A stretch of DNA of 64,000 nt from the NCBI GenBank assembly GCA_001949185.1, contig BDGG01000008.1:1178001-1242000 (forward strand), read 5' to 3'. The DNA comes from Ramazzottius varieornatus. Taxonomy: Eukaryota; Animalia; Tardigrada. Both the position numbers and the translations under genes were made by a program. The notes under the pieces are model-generated. The model searched no databases, was not told the origin of the DNA, and saw nothing but the letters and a program-made list of their open reading frames with translations. Below, in pieces: positions 52,974-64,000 of this stretch (position 1 is its first letter; every line of letters starts with the position of its first letter).

Positions 52974-53607
52974 CGGTACCTTCAAGCGCCTCTGCCCACA
53001 GGCACTTCCGAGACATTAGCATCTCGCACCATCAGGCGTAACTATGATATCGTATCCGATCAATAGATGTAGCGTGGAAAATTGCACCTCATTTTAATCC
53101 TGAATATTTTTCTGATTTTACTCTTCTAAAGTCTAAACTCTCCTCATAGTCCTTCGGTCTCCGCCAAAGACCTCAACTCAGAACCTGACATCTGCGCCGC
53201 AGTCTCCGATGGCTGAGAGTTCTTGTGAAGTTTTAGCTTAGATACCATTTTCTTGAGCATGAGCGACTGCTCGCGTCCGTTACTTTAAAGCTCCAATGAA
53301 GTGGGAGAAGATTGGTCCGGGTCCGCGTAAAGAATCCCCCCGGTACGCGCCGTGTTGGCTGCTATGTGTCATGTCGTAGCGATCGGCTGATCGATGCACA
53401 CGTTGACCAGATATTTCACCCACCATCCGCGCGGTATTTCTACACGCACCCGGATCCAAACCTGTACCGCATCATTGGCACTTTGAAGTACCTTCTCGAC
53501 TGAGAGCCAACGAGCGATCTCTCCCATGGAGCGACGTTGCCCACCGAGACCTCATACGGTTGTCCTGTTCACGGACACTTGTTGCTGGTCCAATTAAGTT
53601 AGTAAGT
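52974..53607 (+). pseudogene. Degenerate duplicated fragment of yurt/EPB41L5 (source ~41788-42197), intron retained
   Basis: GCCCACAGGCACTTCCGAGA, CCGATGGCTGAGAGTTCTTG, TTCTTGAGCATGAGCGACTG and CACGGACACTTGTTGC all occur in the same order in both places. Confidence 0.85.
53283..53488. mobile_element. 206-bp TA-TSD MITE inserted in the yurt fragment
   Basis: Empty site CCGTTACCT in the source gene; TA-CTTTAAAGCTCCAATGAAG ... CATCATTGGCACTTTGAAG-TA. Confidence 0.8.
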
Positions 53608-53853
53608 ACAAGATGCTGCTCGCCTCCGGCTCGCTAAGTTCAGGGATGCGAGGTAGTTTTGGAAAGTTTACGTGCATTTAAGCGACGGTATATGGAATGT
53701 TTTTTGAAGAACATATCGGTAGGAAGAGGTTGATATGAAGGACAATATACTAAACACGTTCTAAGTCACAGGGCATATGTAAAAGTTTTACTTTCTCGTT
53801 CGGAGCTTGGAATGGTACGCTGTTTTGTTTTGTTTTTGGTCTCAAGAGCTGGT

Positions 53854-55086
53854 TCAAGTTGTGGATTTCTTGGTTTTTTTGGTGTGAGAAGTATTCCTTG
53901 GGGTGATGGGCGGTTGTTCGCTCGCTTGGTCTTCGTCGCTGGAGTCAAGAAGGATCAGTCGTTTTTTTGTCGGTGTCGGTCTGATTGGTGAAGTGGAGGG
54001 TGAGGGACTCGGAGTTTCTTCAGATGAGCTAATTGGAGCTTCAGGTGCCGTTTGGTTCTTGGGTTTCGTGGTGAAAAAGTTGGTCGTATCTGGCGTTGGC
54101 AAATTTCGGTAAAGCTCACACAGCGGAAGGACGTTCAGGGAGACACCGTATTCCGGATTGCTTGTGACTGTTCGCTGGTACCGACGTAGAAAACGCTATG
54201 TTGATATTCCAGTTCGAAGAGGTTTCCTTGCAACTTCAGGACATGTAAAAACATGTAAACCTCTGAAGACATGTAAGGGGAAATCGAGTTGACCTGGAGC
54301 AGAGGATTTGAAACAGGGTACGGTGTGAATATCGGCGTGCACGTACCATGACGTTTGTAACTTTAAGGTTGAACTGCTGAAGAGTGGTGTTATCGACTAC
54401 AGACATGGTAACTTCTTTCTGCGTACGAGTAGAATGATGTCTGGAAACATGGAAACTGATTGGAAACTGTATGTCAGCTGGAAAAGCAATAAACTGTGTT
54501 AGACTCAGGTTTATCCTACTGAATGGTTGTGTACTGGGGTGGTCGAGCTAATCTTTCAAGGTTCGAAGGTGTGGAACGCCAGTTTGTCGGTTACGTACAA
54601 TGTTCACGGTTGTGTTGTTTGTAAGGGGATGGTTGCACTATACTGGTGTTGCTCTGCGGAGCTGACGTCAACTTTTCGAAGTTCGATCATCTAGAGTGAA
54701 AATAAGGGCATATTCGCCGAAAGATCTGATGGTGTTTCAGTTATGATAGAGTCTTACTTGACCGGTCTTCCAGTTCGATAGTTTGTCGAGGTGTGTTCAA
54801 AAGCAATTCCGTTTACTGATCCTGCATGATCAGCTAGCATGAATCTCTGGAGAAATTTGACGTTCGGCTTTCGTGGCTCATCGACGAACATAACAATAGC
54901 CTCTATAGACCTGCAGATACCGGATGAGTGCAGATTTTTGTTTATGTTATTTGGAAGCAGTAACCGTACGTACTCATGACTTCCTGGTTCAAGCGTGAGC
55001 AATCCTGTTTCAGACTTCTTGATCTTCAAGTTTCTAGGTATTATTCTGTGTTTCTTCAGCTCGCTTCCAGGACCCTGTGCGGTCAA
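53854..55086 (-). pseudogene. Intron-containing OB-fold (RPA/SSB-like) accessory gene remnant within the Helitron
   Basis: IEAIVMFVDEPRKPNVKFLQRFMLADHAGSVNGIAF fits the OB-fold beta pattern; GT-AG junctions; in-frame stops; disordered C-terminal tail. Confidence 0.5.
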
Positions 55087-57987
55087 CTCTTTTATAACGT
55101 ATCGTTTCCTGTAATATCAAGTGTGGTCCTGAATTCCTGTATGGGTACTCCTGAGTTAGATTTAGGTATGTTGTGTTGTTAGGGTTCGGCTTACTTCATG
55201 TATACTTCGGCACGTTCGATATCTAGTAAGGCCCAGATGGCTGTTTTTTGTCTCGGTCGTCCGGAATATCTGGTGCGTGGGCAGCGTCTAGAAATTATTT
55301 ACACTGTTAACCACAGTGTGGCATCGACAAAGCACGATTTTCTTACCGACTTCACGGACACCGTCGCATATGGTCATAGTCGTAGCTCGGTCGCCATCGC
55401 CAATACCAATTACTGTAATGTCGATCAATTGGACCGTGATAGGATTCGGGGTGAAAACAGGGTAAATCTTTCGGACCGAACACGCCGGCTGATAAAGAAA
55501 TCGCTGCCATCGATAAGTCGAAGATAGGTCAGAACTGGTACTAAATATTGGTGTGAGTTTGTGGAGTTCCAGAGTGTCGAGTGGGTTGTTGCGGTTGCTT
55601 GGGAGATGGTAGTTTACGTAACAACCGTGTCGTAGTTGTTGCAGAGCCTAACTACCCATGAACAGAAAGCCAGCTCGAGAAGGGACGAATTGCGATGCGT
55701 CATCATTATGCCCGTCCGTCCAAAAATGCGCTGTATTATGAGCGCGTACGATCTGCGCGTGTGCGCACCAGCCAGTCTTGTTCTGCACTGTTCTGGTTTT
55801 CGCCAGCAGGTCGTTGGGGACTCTATCAGGAATTAGAAGGGACTGGTTGGTTCATTGGTGAGAGGAAGTACAGGGCTCAAGTCCACTAAATAGTGTTACG
55901 GTTTTATTGCGAGATGGTGCGTGCATGGCGTAATAGAATTTTAAGCACACATTCAAAAACCAAGGACAAAGTCAGCGCAAACTTGGACGACGTATCATAA
56001 CGATAAAATTTAAAACGAAAGTCGCATACAACGGTGCATAGATCGTTTACCCATGCTATGGAGATAATGGGTAGAGCGATCACAACGGCAGGTGAGTGTG
56101 TCATCGCCGGACAGTAAAAGTGTGGGGAAGTCGCAACTGCATTTCCGAATTTGCGTAACCATCTCTCCAGTTAGGCAGAGAAATTTGATTGACATACTGC
56201 AAGAAAGCCTTATTGTGGTGTTGTGTACAGTTGACTTTTTTTTGAGTCGCCTTCCTACGTGATTCCCAGTCGGTTCGAACATTAACCGTACACGCTTCTT
56301 CTGAATCGTGTACTGAGTGTTTCCGAGCCATGCGATCCGGCCGATACGTCCATCATCCCGCCAAAATGGTCCCTCTCTTCATACGAGCTGTCCCATTTTC
56401 AAGACAGCGTTGGCACTTACCAAGTGGCTAAATGGAACAACCCTTCGTATTTTCTTGAGAAGTTTTGAGTGTTGTATCTTAGCGCAGTGGTCCGTGACCG
56501 ACACTACTTTCGCGTAGTAGTACATCACGTCACCGCATTTAGCGTATACTCAACGATCTAATCGCGAAAAGATAATTGGACTATTGGGCGCTTATTGTAT
56601 ATTGGGATGGGAAACTTGACCAACCTATATTAAAGTGTCCAGCCGCGTTCGAAATCTGGTGAGGGTATAGGACGGTATTTTATATCGATAAATCCCTGCC
56701 TAAGAGCGGTGAAAAGGTCAAAAGATCAGAACGTGTATATCGGTAGCGCTGCTGTGATATGAGAGATATTGCCTAAGCAACATTTTTTCGAATTTACGTA
56801 GGAAGTTTTGGCTTAGAATTTGGGTCACGGAGTGTTACAGTTTTGCAATAAGGTACAACAACGAACGAGTAAACTGACATTCTCTAAATTTTCAAATTTA
56901 CAGTAACAATTCTTTGTAGACCACATTAGTGGTTATGGCATGTCCATTAGCGTCAAGTTTGTCGTGACTTGTAAGAACGAGAACTCGACTTAGGGCGACA
57001 GCTAGTTTGTAAGCGACGCATTCTTTCCGTGAGTCGATTCCGGTTTTCTCTAGCGTCACTCCTTGAGAACGGTTTATTGTCTTGACATAACCTGCTCGCA
57101 CGGGAAATTGCTTGCTTGTTAGACGAAGTCCTCTTCTCTGTACGTTCATTGTAAAATTAATCCGCGGTAGGTAGAAAACGTTTTTGGTCTGCATGGTCCG
57201 TACTTGTTAAGGTTCCTTGTTACACCCAAGATTGTGACTTGAGTGTTGTTGAGCAGTCCTTCGTCGGGCGATAAGTTACTTACAACAAAACATTCCATTC
57301 CAACGTTTAGACGGAGTTCACGGGGTGGGATATTAGGAAAGTTGATTTGGTTGAAAAATTCGGTTGTTACGTTGTTTCTGAAGAATTGTGAGACATCTGC
57401 TGACTCCTGTAGTTCATCGTGACTGAAGAGCGGCACGAATTCTTCGTCCAGCAGGTCGCATATTTCTGAGTTTAGAGTGTCCACGTCTTTGTACAGAACG
57501 CTAAGGAGACATTTAGCGGAACTCAAAGGGTTCGGTGGATGGGAGCTTGGGACAGACAAACTGCTTCCAGTATTCGACATCGGTGGTTGCGGTAATCAAA
57601 CTCAATATCACTTTTCCATCTTTATCACTCGGGAAGGCGCCGTTGGCGATTTCGTCAACAAACTGAGAGAACTGGGGATCGGCTTCTTGTCGTAATGGTA
57701 CGGTAAGGGCGAAAACCTGAAAAATTTCCCAGAGCTTCGAGAACTTTATGCTCGTTTGTACTGTAGCTTCGCGGTATGCATGCTCGAGAATGGGCGGTAT
57801 TTGGTAAAAACCACCGGCGCCGATAAAAAGCAGTCCGCCGAATGGCGAGTGAGATTTGTCTCGAACTCTACGCAGCATAACATCCACAGCTTCAAGATTG
57901 CGCTTATTTATCATCGTGATCTCCTCCCAAATTACGAGTGTCGCTTCTCGAAGTACACTTGCTCGCTGCGAACGTAAGGATACTTCA

Positions 57988-58369
57988 TAGTGCTGGCGAC
58001 GATACGGTGTACCGATACCGTATCGAGATATGCCGACTCCGCCCATTCGGTTCTGGTGCTAATTCTGTCCAGGTTTCCATGTGTTTGAAGTCCTGGTATA
58101 GTCATGTATTTGCTGCATCCGGCGCTTTCGATCTTGCTAATACTTTATGTGGAAATCGGCTTCTTAAGTTTTTGGGCTTGAACCAGTGGAATTCCGAAAA
58201 ACTAAAATTCCAGGAATATCGATGTCGCTGCGATATGATACAATATATCGCAAATACGGTATCGGAAAAATATCGATATCGAATAAATATCGAAGGCCGC
58301 AATAAAATATCCGTCGATATTGTATCGAAAAATATCGTATCGAATTTTATCGTATTTTTGCTAGTGCTA
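57988..58369. mobile_element. hAT-type MITE (382 bp) nested in the Helitron helicase
   Basis: Perfect 8-bp TSD ATACTTCA (57980-57987 and 58370-58377); TAGTGCTGG/CTAGTGCTA ends; subterminal CGATA/TATCG repeats. Confidence 0.88.
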
Positions 58370-58464
58370 ATACTTCACACTCAATCGGAGTGAAATTGTA
58401 CGGGTCATCGCGCACAGGGATTTTGAGTAAAGTAGGGGCTGTACGTCCACCTGGGTACATAATA

Positions 58465-58559
58465 CTGTACGTCACTCCATTCAGAGTGTAAAACTAGAGA
58501 AAGAGTTCTCATACGGTGACCATAACAGTGACGTACGTGGATTTCGGGAGAGCATACAG
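58465..58559. mobile_element. 95-bp TA-TSD insertion in the Helitron helicase
   Basis: TA-CTGTA...TACAG-TA; removal restores SSGFVAIMYPGGRTAPTLLKIP. Confidence 0.75.
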
Positions 58560-60317
58560 TAGCCACGAACCCGGAACTTGCGTAACGCAAAGCAATCTTA
58601 CCAGAAGCTTGGGTGTATCGAGCGATTGTGTTCAGAAGAAACGATTTCCCACGCCCGGGTGCACCGTCAACGTAGAAAACCCCGGGTAGTTTCGAGTCGA
58701 TATGTTTCTGAATTTCAGTTCGAATTGTACTTTGTTCAAAGTTCAGCATGTTCAGTGAGTCTTGATATAGTGTGGCACTGGTACGTGAGTCGTGTCGTAG
58801 TTTCTCTTTGTTAATCTCGGATTGTTGGTTTAGTGGTGTAGGAAGGAAGAACTCCTCAAGCGTTCGCTTTCTAGCCTAGCCGAAAGGTCACGAAGGAGAC
58901 GATTTTCGGACAAATAATCTGGCAGTTGATCGCAGAGTCTGAAATCAAGCTGCATGAATTCCCTGTGCTTGCTGAATAGCGCTTAATGCGGGTACACCTT
59001 CTGTGATTAACAGGACAAACGGAAACCGTAATTGCCTTGGTGAGCATAAAGCTTGTTTCGCTTCATCCATGCAAATTTCAGATTCCGAAGTGTTTTCAAG
59101 CAGTCCCATCGCTTTGCAACATTCCGAAAAGGAGATACGTCGTGCCGTTGAATCTGCGGAGCTCTTCGTACGATCTTGCAGGCTTGTGCTGTAGTAGAAG
59201 TCGAAGATACCAAGGTTCTCCACTTTACAGTCTTTTCGTCTCCATTCTGCTAATGTGAAGGGTTGTTCTGCGGTGTACCGTACCTCTGCTGGGTGGAGGA
59301 ACTCGGTCGTGCCAGACTTCCTCAGTTTGCCGGGTATTGGTATCTTCTTGAGGTCGTTCAAGAGACACAAAGTACTTCTCGTAGTATTGCAAGTATTTTA
59401 TCTAATACAGATATTTGTATAGGTACATAATTAGTGTCACGGAAGCAGCAAGTTCGACGTTAATATGGCACTCGAATTTCATCAGCATTTCGCTATTATA
59501 GCGAACAACGTTGCGATCTCTCTCCCTCTCCGCCTTTTGTACTGTGGATATCCAGCATCATCTATGAACGTTTCTCCGTTAACTGGTTTTGGGTACCTGT
59601 AAGGACATTGCATTGTTGCTTTCTGTTTCTCCGATCGGTAGCATCGAAGTGTAGTGTCGATGAAGCATGTGTTTCTCGACTAACGTTCGTAGCTTTTTGT
59701 CGTTAGGAAGTTCAGCTCAGATCACGGCATAGATTTCTGTAGGACTTTGTGGTTCTTTAGCCATTTTCACGGCTATATGCGCATGAGGAAGTCCACGTGT
59801 CTGGAATTTAACGACTGAGATTTTTCAGGTCTTTTCGGAACCGAAGTACTTCGGACGTTTGGCTTGCAACCTTACTAACTTCGCTTTGAAGACCATATTT
59901 GCAATATCTGGTCGATCTGATGCACTTTGGCCACGCAATAAACGCCTCTTGATTTCGGACCAGTTGGGGTTACAGGTGAACGTAATGAAATACGTGGGGT
60001 TTCCGAGGCGGCTAACTATTGCTGAAGCATCCGACTTAATTTTCTGATTATGCCGATACGAGCCGATGAATAAAGCAGGCAAAAATATCCTTCCTTTATT
60101 TGCTCCTGATTCGAAGTCGTTCTTTCGGCAAATTTTCGCTTGATTATAAAGAACGAAATTCAGTCGTTCTTCCTCGATGCAGCTGAATGTATCAACGGAG
60201 AATTCATTGAACAGTCTGCCAAGTAGATGTAGTGCGGTGCATCGCAATATCAAAATTTGGTAGAACATCATCATGCTTAGTTTACACTTAGCTTTCAGTT
60301 CTGTACTCCAGCCATTA

Positions 60318-60522
60318 CTGTATTACCTCTAAGGTTTCGCGCGGTCACGTGACAGATCGGTGAATTACACCCGGGACCTCATATCACTGATTGTTTGATT
60401 GGACATATTGCTGCGCTTGATTGGCCAGGAAATTTTGATTGATGGCAGTGAAGTTTTTGTCGCCGCCACGCAATATTTACTGGCCTGTCACGTGACTGCG
60501 CAGAACCTTAGAGGTAATGCAG
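60318..60522. mobile_element. 205-bp TA-TSD MITE in the Helitron Rep region
   Basis: About 38-bp TIRs CTGTATTACCTCTAAGGTTTCGCGCGGTCACGTGACAG; removal restores CPEGSNGWS. Confidence 0.85.
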
Positions 60523-63431
60523 TACTTCCTTCCGGACATATCAGAACATAATTTAGGGGCATGAATAATCCGGAAGTTGCTTTTATGAACGTCGATTGCT
60601 TATCTGTGTTCTTCCAACATACGACACTTCGTTGTTTTTAGATCCCCGGATCTGTCAGGAACAATAACCGCGCCGATTTCGTTAGAACTTTGTACGGTCG
60701 ACTCAAGTCGCGCATGTTCTGATGGCTCCTAACTGGTGTAGTAGGGGATTACACCGGAAGAGAATAGTTCGTAACTTCTTTACAATATCCCGGTCCATTT
60801 TCAAGTCGTTGATAACTTCGTTCGGGTATTCTGCATCGTTGACGTACCATCGTAGAGGGCCGGACGCTGGATTACCTGGTAGCATTCGGTGGTAGGTTTG
60901 GCCTCTCAGAACCACGTTACTGGGGCCGGTTTGTTGCCCAGAGCATCCGCTAGTTCCGCGTACCGACATTGAAAATAAATTGTTATACATGCGTGACTGG
61001 TCTCGAAGCTTTCTTGACGACCTATGCAGATTCTCCAGCTCTGCAGGCAGTGCGGGCATCATCAATAATTCGCAGGGATTTTTTGTTCTATTCCCGCAAC
61101 AGATTCCAACAGATTCTGTGCCCATAATTGTTGCTTTGTAACGTCCGCACGATATCCATTCCAACTGCAATGTGGTCATCACTCTGAACATGGTTCGTAC
61201 TCTACACAGGTTTGTATCGGTATACGCATGCTTACACCAGATTTTGTTCGGCCACGATTCGATGACTCCACAACAGTTACTGCATTCTGTTTCACGCTCC
61301 GAGCCGTCATCATCCCCATATATGTTGTCACTTCCAGTAGTGTAGTGTGAATACAGATCGTCCTCAGAATCGAGTTCAACACTAGACATGTCAACTAATT
61401 CTGTATGATCGGAGTTACTTCTGTTTGGCGATTCAGAGCTACGCATCATACGATTATCCAAAACATCAACTTCCGTAACATCTCCAGCAGACTGGGAACT
61501 AGTATAAGAGCAATTTTCACCATCGTCGGCATTGTCATCCGATGTATGTGACGTGGATATCAGGTCTCTATTGGGTGCATGATGGGTTTCCTCAGCCCAC
61601 AATCGTTTAGCTACACGCAGCCGTAAAATAGAGGATTTCGAAGTGCCTTTACGTTTTCGCGTTAGTTTCGGCATATCAAGACCCACACAGTTTACTATTT
61701 ACGTTTAAAGAAATTGATTACCGTTCTTGTGCCGTTGCCCTTCACTCCTCCTAGTTCTGCATGATCTTTAAGTGACATTCCAAGATACTCATCGATGCCC
61801 GTTTAGATCTCGTACTTGTGCATGACCTTTGAGCGACATTCTATGAAAGTTACCATTCCGTTTCTATTGTAACGCCAGAATTCTAATTAACTTAATCGAA
61901 AAGTCAGAAATGTAAACTTCTTTACACGCAAGCGCGTTCGCAGTCCGATCACGAAATCATAAACTGGTCCCATCCGAACCTGTGATGCATACGATAGTGC
62001 AGTTTTCCCCCGTCAGTACGGTTTCAGAGAGTCCAGGTACTCGTCAGACCCTTTTATCGAGTTATATTGGTATAGTAGGATATGGGTTCCGGCAGACCCA
62101 TTTTCCGGAACATTATTTTTGCTACCAAATGAGTGAAATGACCCTTTTCCGACATGAAGTCTGAGAGAATATTCAGGAATCAGGAGCACGCGAAGGTAGC
62201 TTTGCCGCACCTCGCCGTGGCTCAAAGTCTCAAAAAAAATTTCGCCCTTTTGGGACGTTATTTGAGGAAACTTAAGAGCGATTAACAGCTGAATCTTCCC
62301 AGCCTGGGGCTTCGGTGTCAAAACGATTGTATGTGTAGTCTAACACTGTGCGACGCCATTCTAATGTCAAGGTTTTTTCGGATGAAAATTCGAATCCCTT
62401 CGGCTCTGCCTGACGTGGCCGTTTGACCAGTGGTCAGTTGGCCTAATGGCTTCTGCGTTACGTCCCTCAACGTTTGTTCCAAATCCCATGGGCTGCCAAA
62501 ACTTCGAAAACCGATTCCTGAACAATCGTGTTATCAGTCAATGTTCCGGCTAATGGAGGCCGAAACCCATATGAAGGAAGTCATTTCGGACTGGGCGATA
62601 TGGTCAATGGTCGAAATTGTTCAGGAAACAATTTTTTCATCTGGGGTACTTTGGGGTGGTTTGAAACAGCTGACGCAGACTTGTGCATCAGTTGTCGGCG
62701 CTGCTTCTGGTCCAAAGTGCAGAGTGATCAGATGGATGGTGATAAAGTTGTAAATGGTGGATGGATGTTATCAGTGAACTTTGGACCGGGCTGGTTATTG
62801 CACGTTTCGTTGCTTGGAACGTTTGCTGCAAAGCTCTGTAGGACAGTACAATCTGAGACCGGCTACGGTTACAACTCAGAACGTGGAAAGTACTCGGTTT
62901 ACGTCAGGCAGATCGAAGATCAAACAAAAAATGATGTCAAGGAGGAAACGAAGCCATTTGTACAGGAGTTCACGTGGCTGGCTGTCGCGATCAAACACCA
63001 AACGTCCACTCCTGCTGCCTGAAACGGAGTGGTAAGCCCTTATGGTTAGCCAAATTGATTCTCGAAAACAACCCTTGGCAAGGGTCCACGCGAGTCACTA
63101 ACCCCTGCCCTTCCTACAGGGGTTGGTCAGCAGAAAGGATGACCACTGGTCAACGGTGACTTGTGGGTGCGCAGAGCTGCGCATTGGTCATCGAGTGTTC
63201 GTCATTGAAACCAACAACCTGATTTTGTTAAACTCGTTCCAGGACCCGTAGGATCAAACCACCCAGTGCCAAAGTTAAATAATTGAAAAAATCATTTGGC
63301 ACTGGGTCACTGTTGCGTTCCACCGCTGCTTCACAATATCAAGTACTGTACGGCCCAACTCCCGCCGTCAGACCACCAATCGATGGGTTTTTTCCGGTAG
63401 ATCTCGACAAGACATGAAGACAAGCAAACTA

Positions 63432-63463
63432 GAGTCCATATATCCTGCAGGATATATGGACTC
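63432..63463. repeat. Perfect 32-bp palindrome
   Basis: GAGTCCATATATCCTGCAGGATATATGGACTC. Confidence 0.9.
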
Positions 63464-64000
63464 GACTCTGAGCAAACTGTTCGCTTAACAATTCATTCAT
63501 CCCTCCAGAGTAAGAGGTGAACGACATAATTAGGGCATATCAATTTTCCCACCATAATTCGGGCAACGCAAAAGGTTTGAACATTACCTTCAACGCTTGA
63601 TTCATCTCTCATCGTACGTGTGTTGATACAATATTACCTTTTTTACCATTGGACAGACCCATCTCTATCCCCGGCCAAATTCCCGTAATTTACAACGCTT
63701 TCCCGTTCTCAAACCTATTGAAACCTCGGGGAGAGGGATCAGTCTACCTCAGGAAACAAGAAGCGGTTCATTACGCGCAGCAGGAGCTGAGAAAACATAT
63801 GCCCGAATTCGAGTGAAAAACCCCTATGCCCGAACTATGTCGTTTACCTCGTACCAAAAGTTATTCCCAAAAAGCTGTCCGGAAGTGACGTCGTCAGTGG
63901 CGCATCACCCCCTCTCTGCGTCCTCTCTCCTCGAGGCTTTCGGGATCTTCAAAAAGCGCTCTGCATGTTGATCGAACACCGGTTTTTCGGTTTATTGATG

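Larger units (their letters stand above)
53609..61700 (-). mobile_element. Decayed Helitron (Rep-PIF1 helicase region 56898-61686); element boundaries approximate
   Basis: Rep: YNNLFSMS, GQTYHR, PTYFITFTCNPNW, DRPDI, FQTRGLPHAHI (HUH), CHINVE, YLYKYL. Helicase: DGAPGRGKS, GGRTA, PFGG, YQIPP, QFPVR, TINRSQG, VALSRV, TTNVVYKE. Candidate 3' end GCGAGCCGGAGGCGAGC...CTTG|T near 53609. Confidence 0.9.

Noticed and set aside
62430-63035. Overlapping plus-strand ORFs
   Set aside because: Fragmented, no recognisable homology, and located within a probable repeat

Overview
Compact, gene-dense animal genomic DNA with short spliceosomal introns. Gene density, intron size and roughly balanced GC suggest a small-genome invertebrate such as a tardigrade; this is inference only. 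Positions 1-47.2 kb carry conserved genes: the 3' end of a DAB2IP/SynGAP-type RasGAP, a secreted DOMON protein, an intron-containing tRNA-Ile(UAU), an alpha-carbonic anhydrase, ATP synthase subunit c, DHFR, GRIPAP1, a CNBD2-like gene, PHF5A, DDX47, yurt/EPB41L5, RABL3 and GPALPP1. They also carry a tandem cluster of two to three unrecognised paralogous, largely disordered/coiled-coil genes at 18.9-27.4 kb. Positions 47.2-64 kb are transposon-rich: MITEs, a pogo-like deletion derivative, a duplicated yurt fragment and a decayed Helitron with three nested MITEs and a probable OB-fold accessory gene. The most striking unexplained signal is a dispersed, mostly intronic palindrome, GTGGCGCAC-N25-GTGCGCCAC, present in about 14 units with conserved arms, near-fixed spacing and a divergent spacer. 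All exon boundaries were read by eye.
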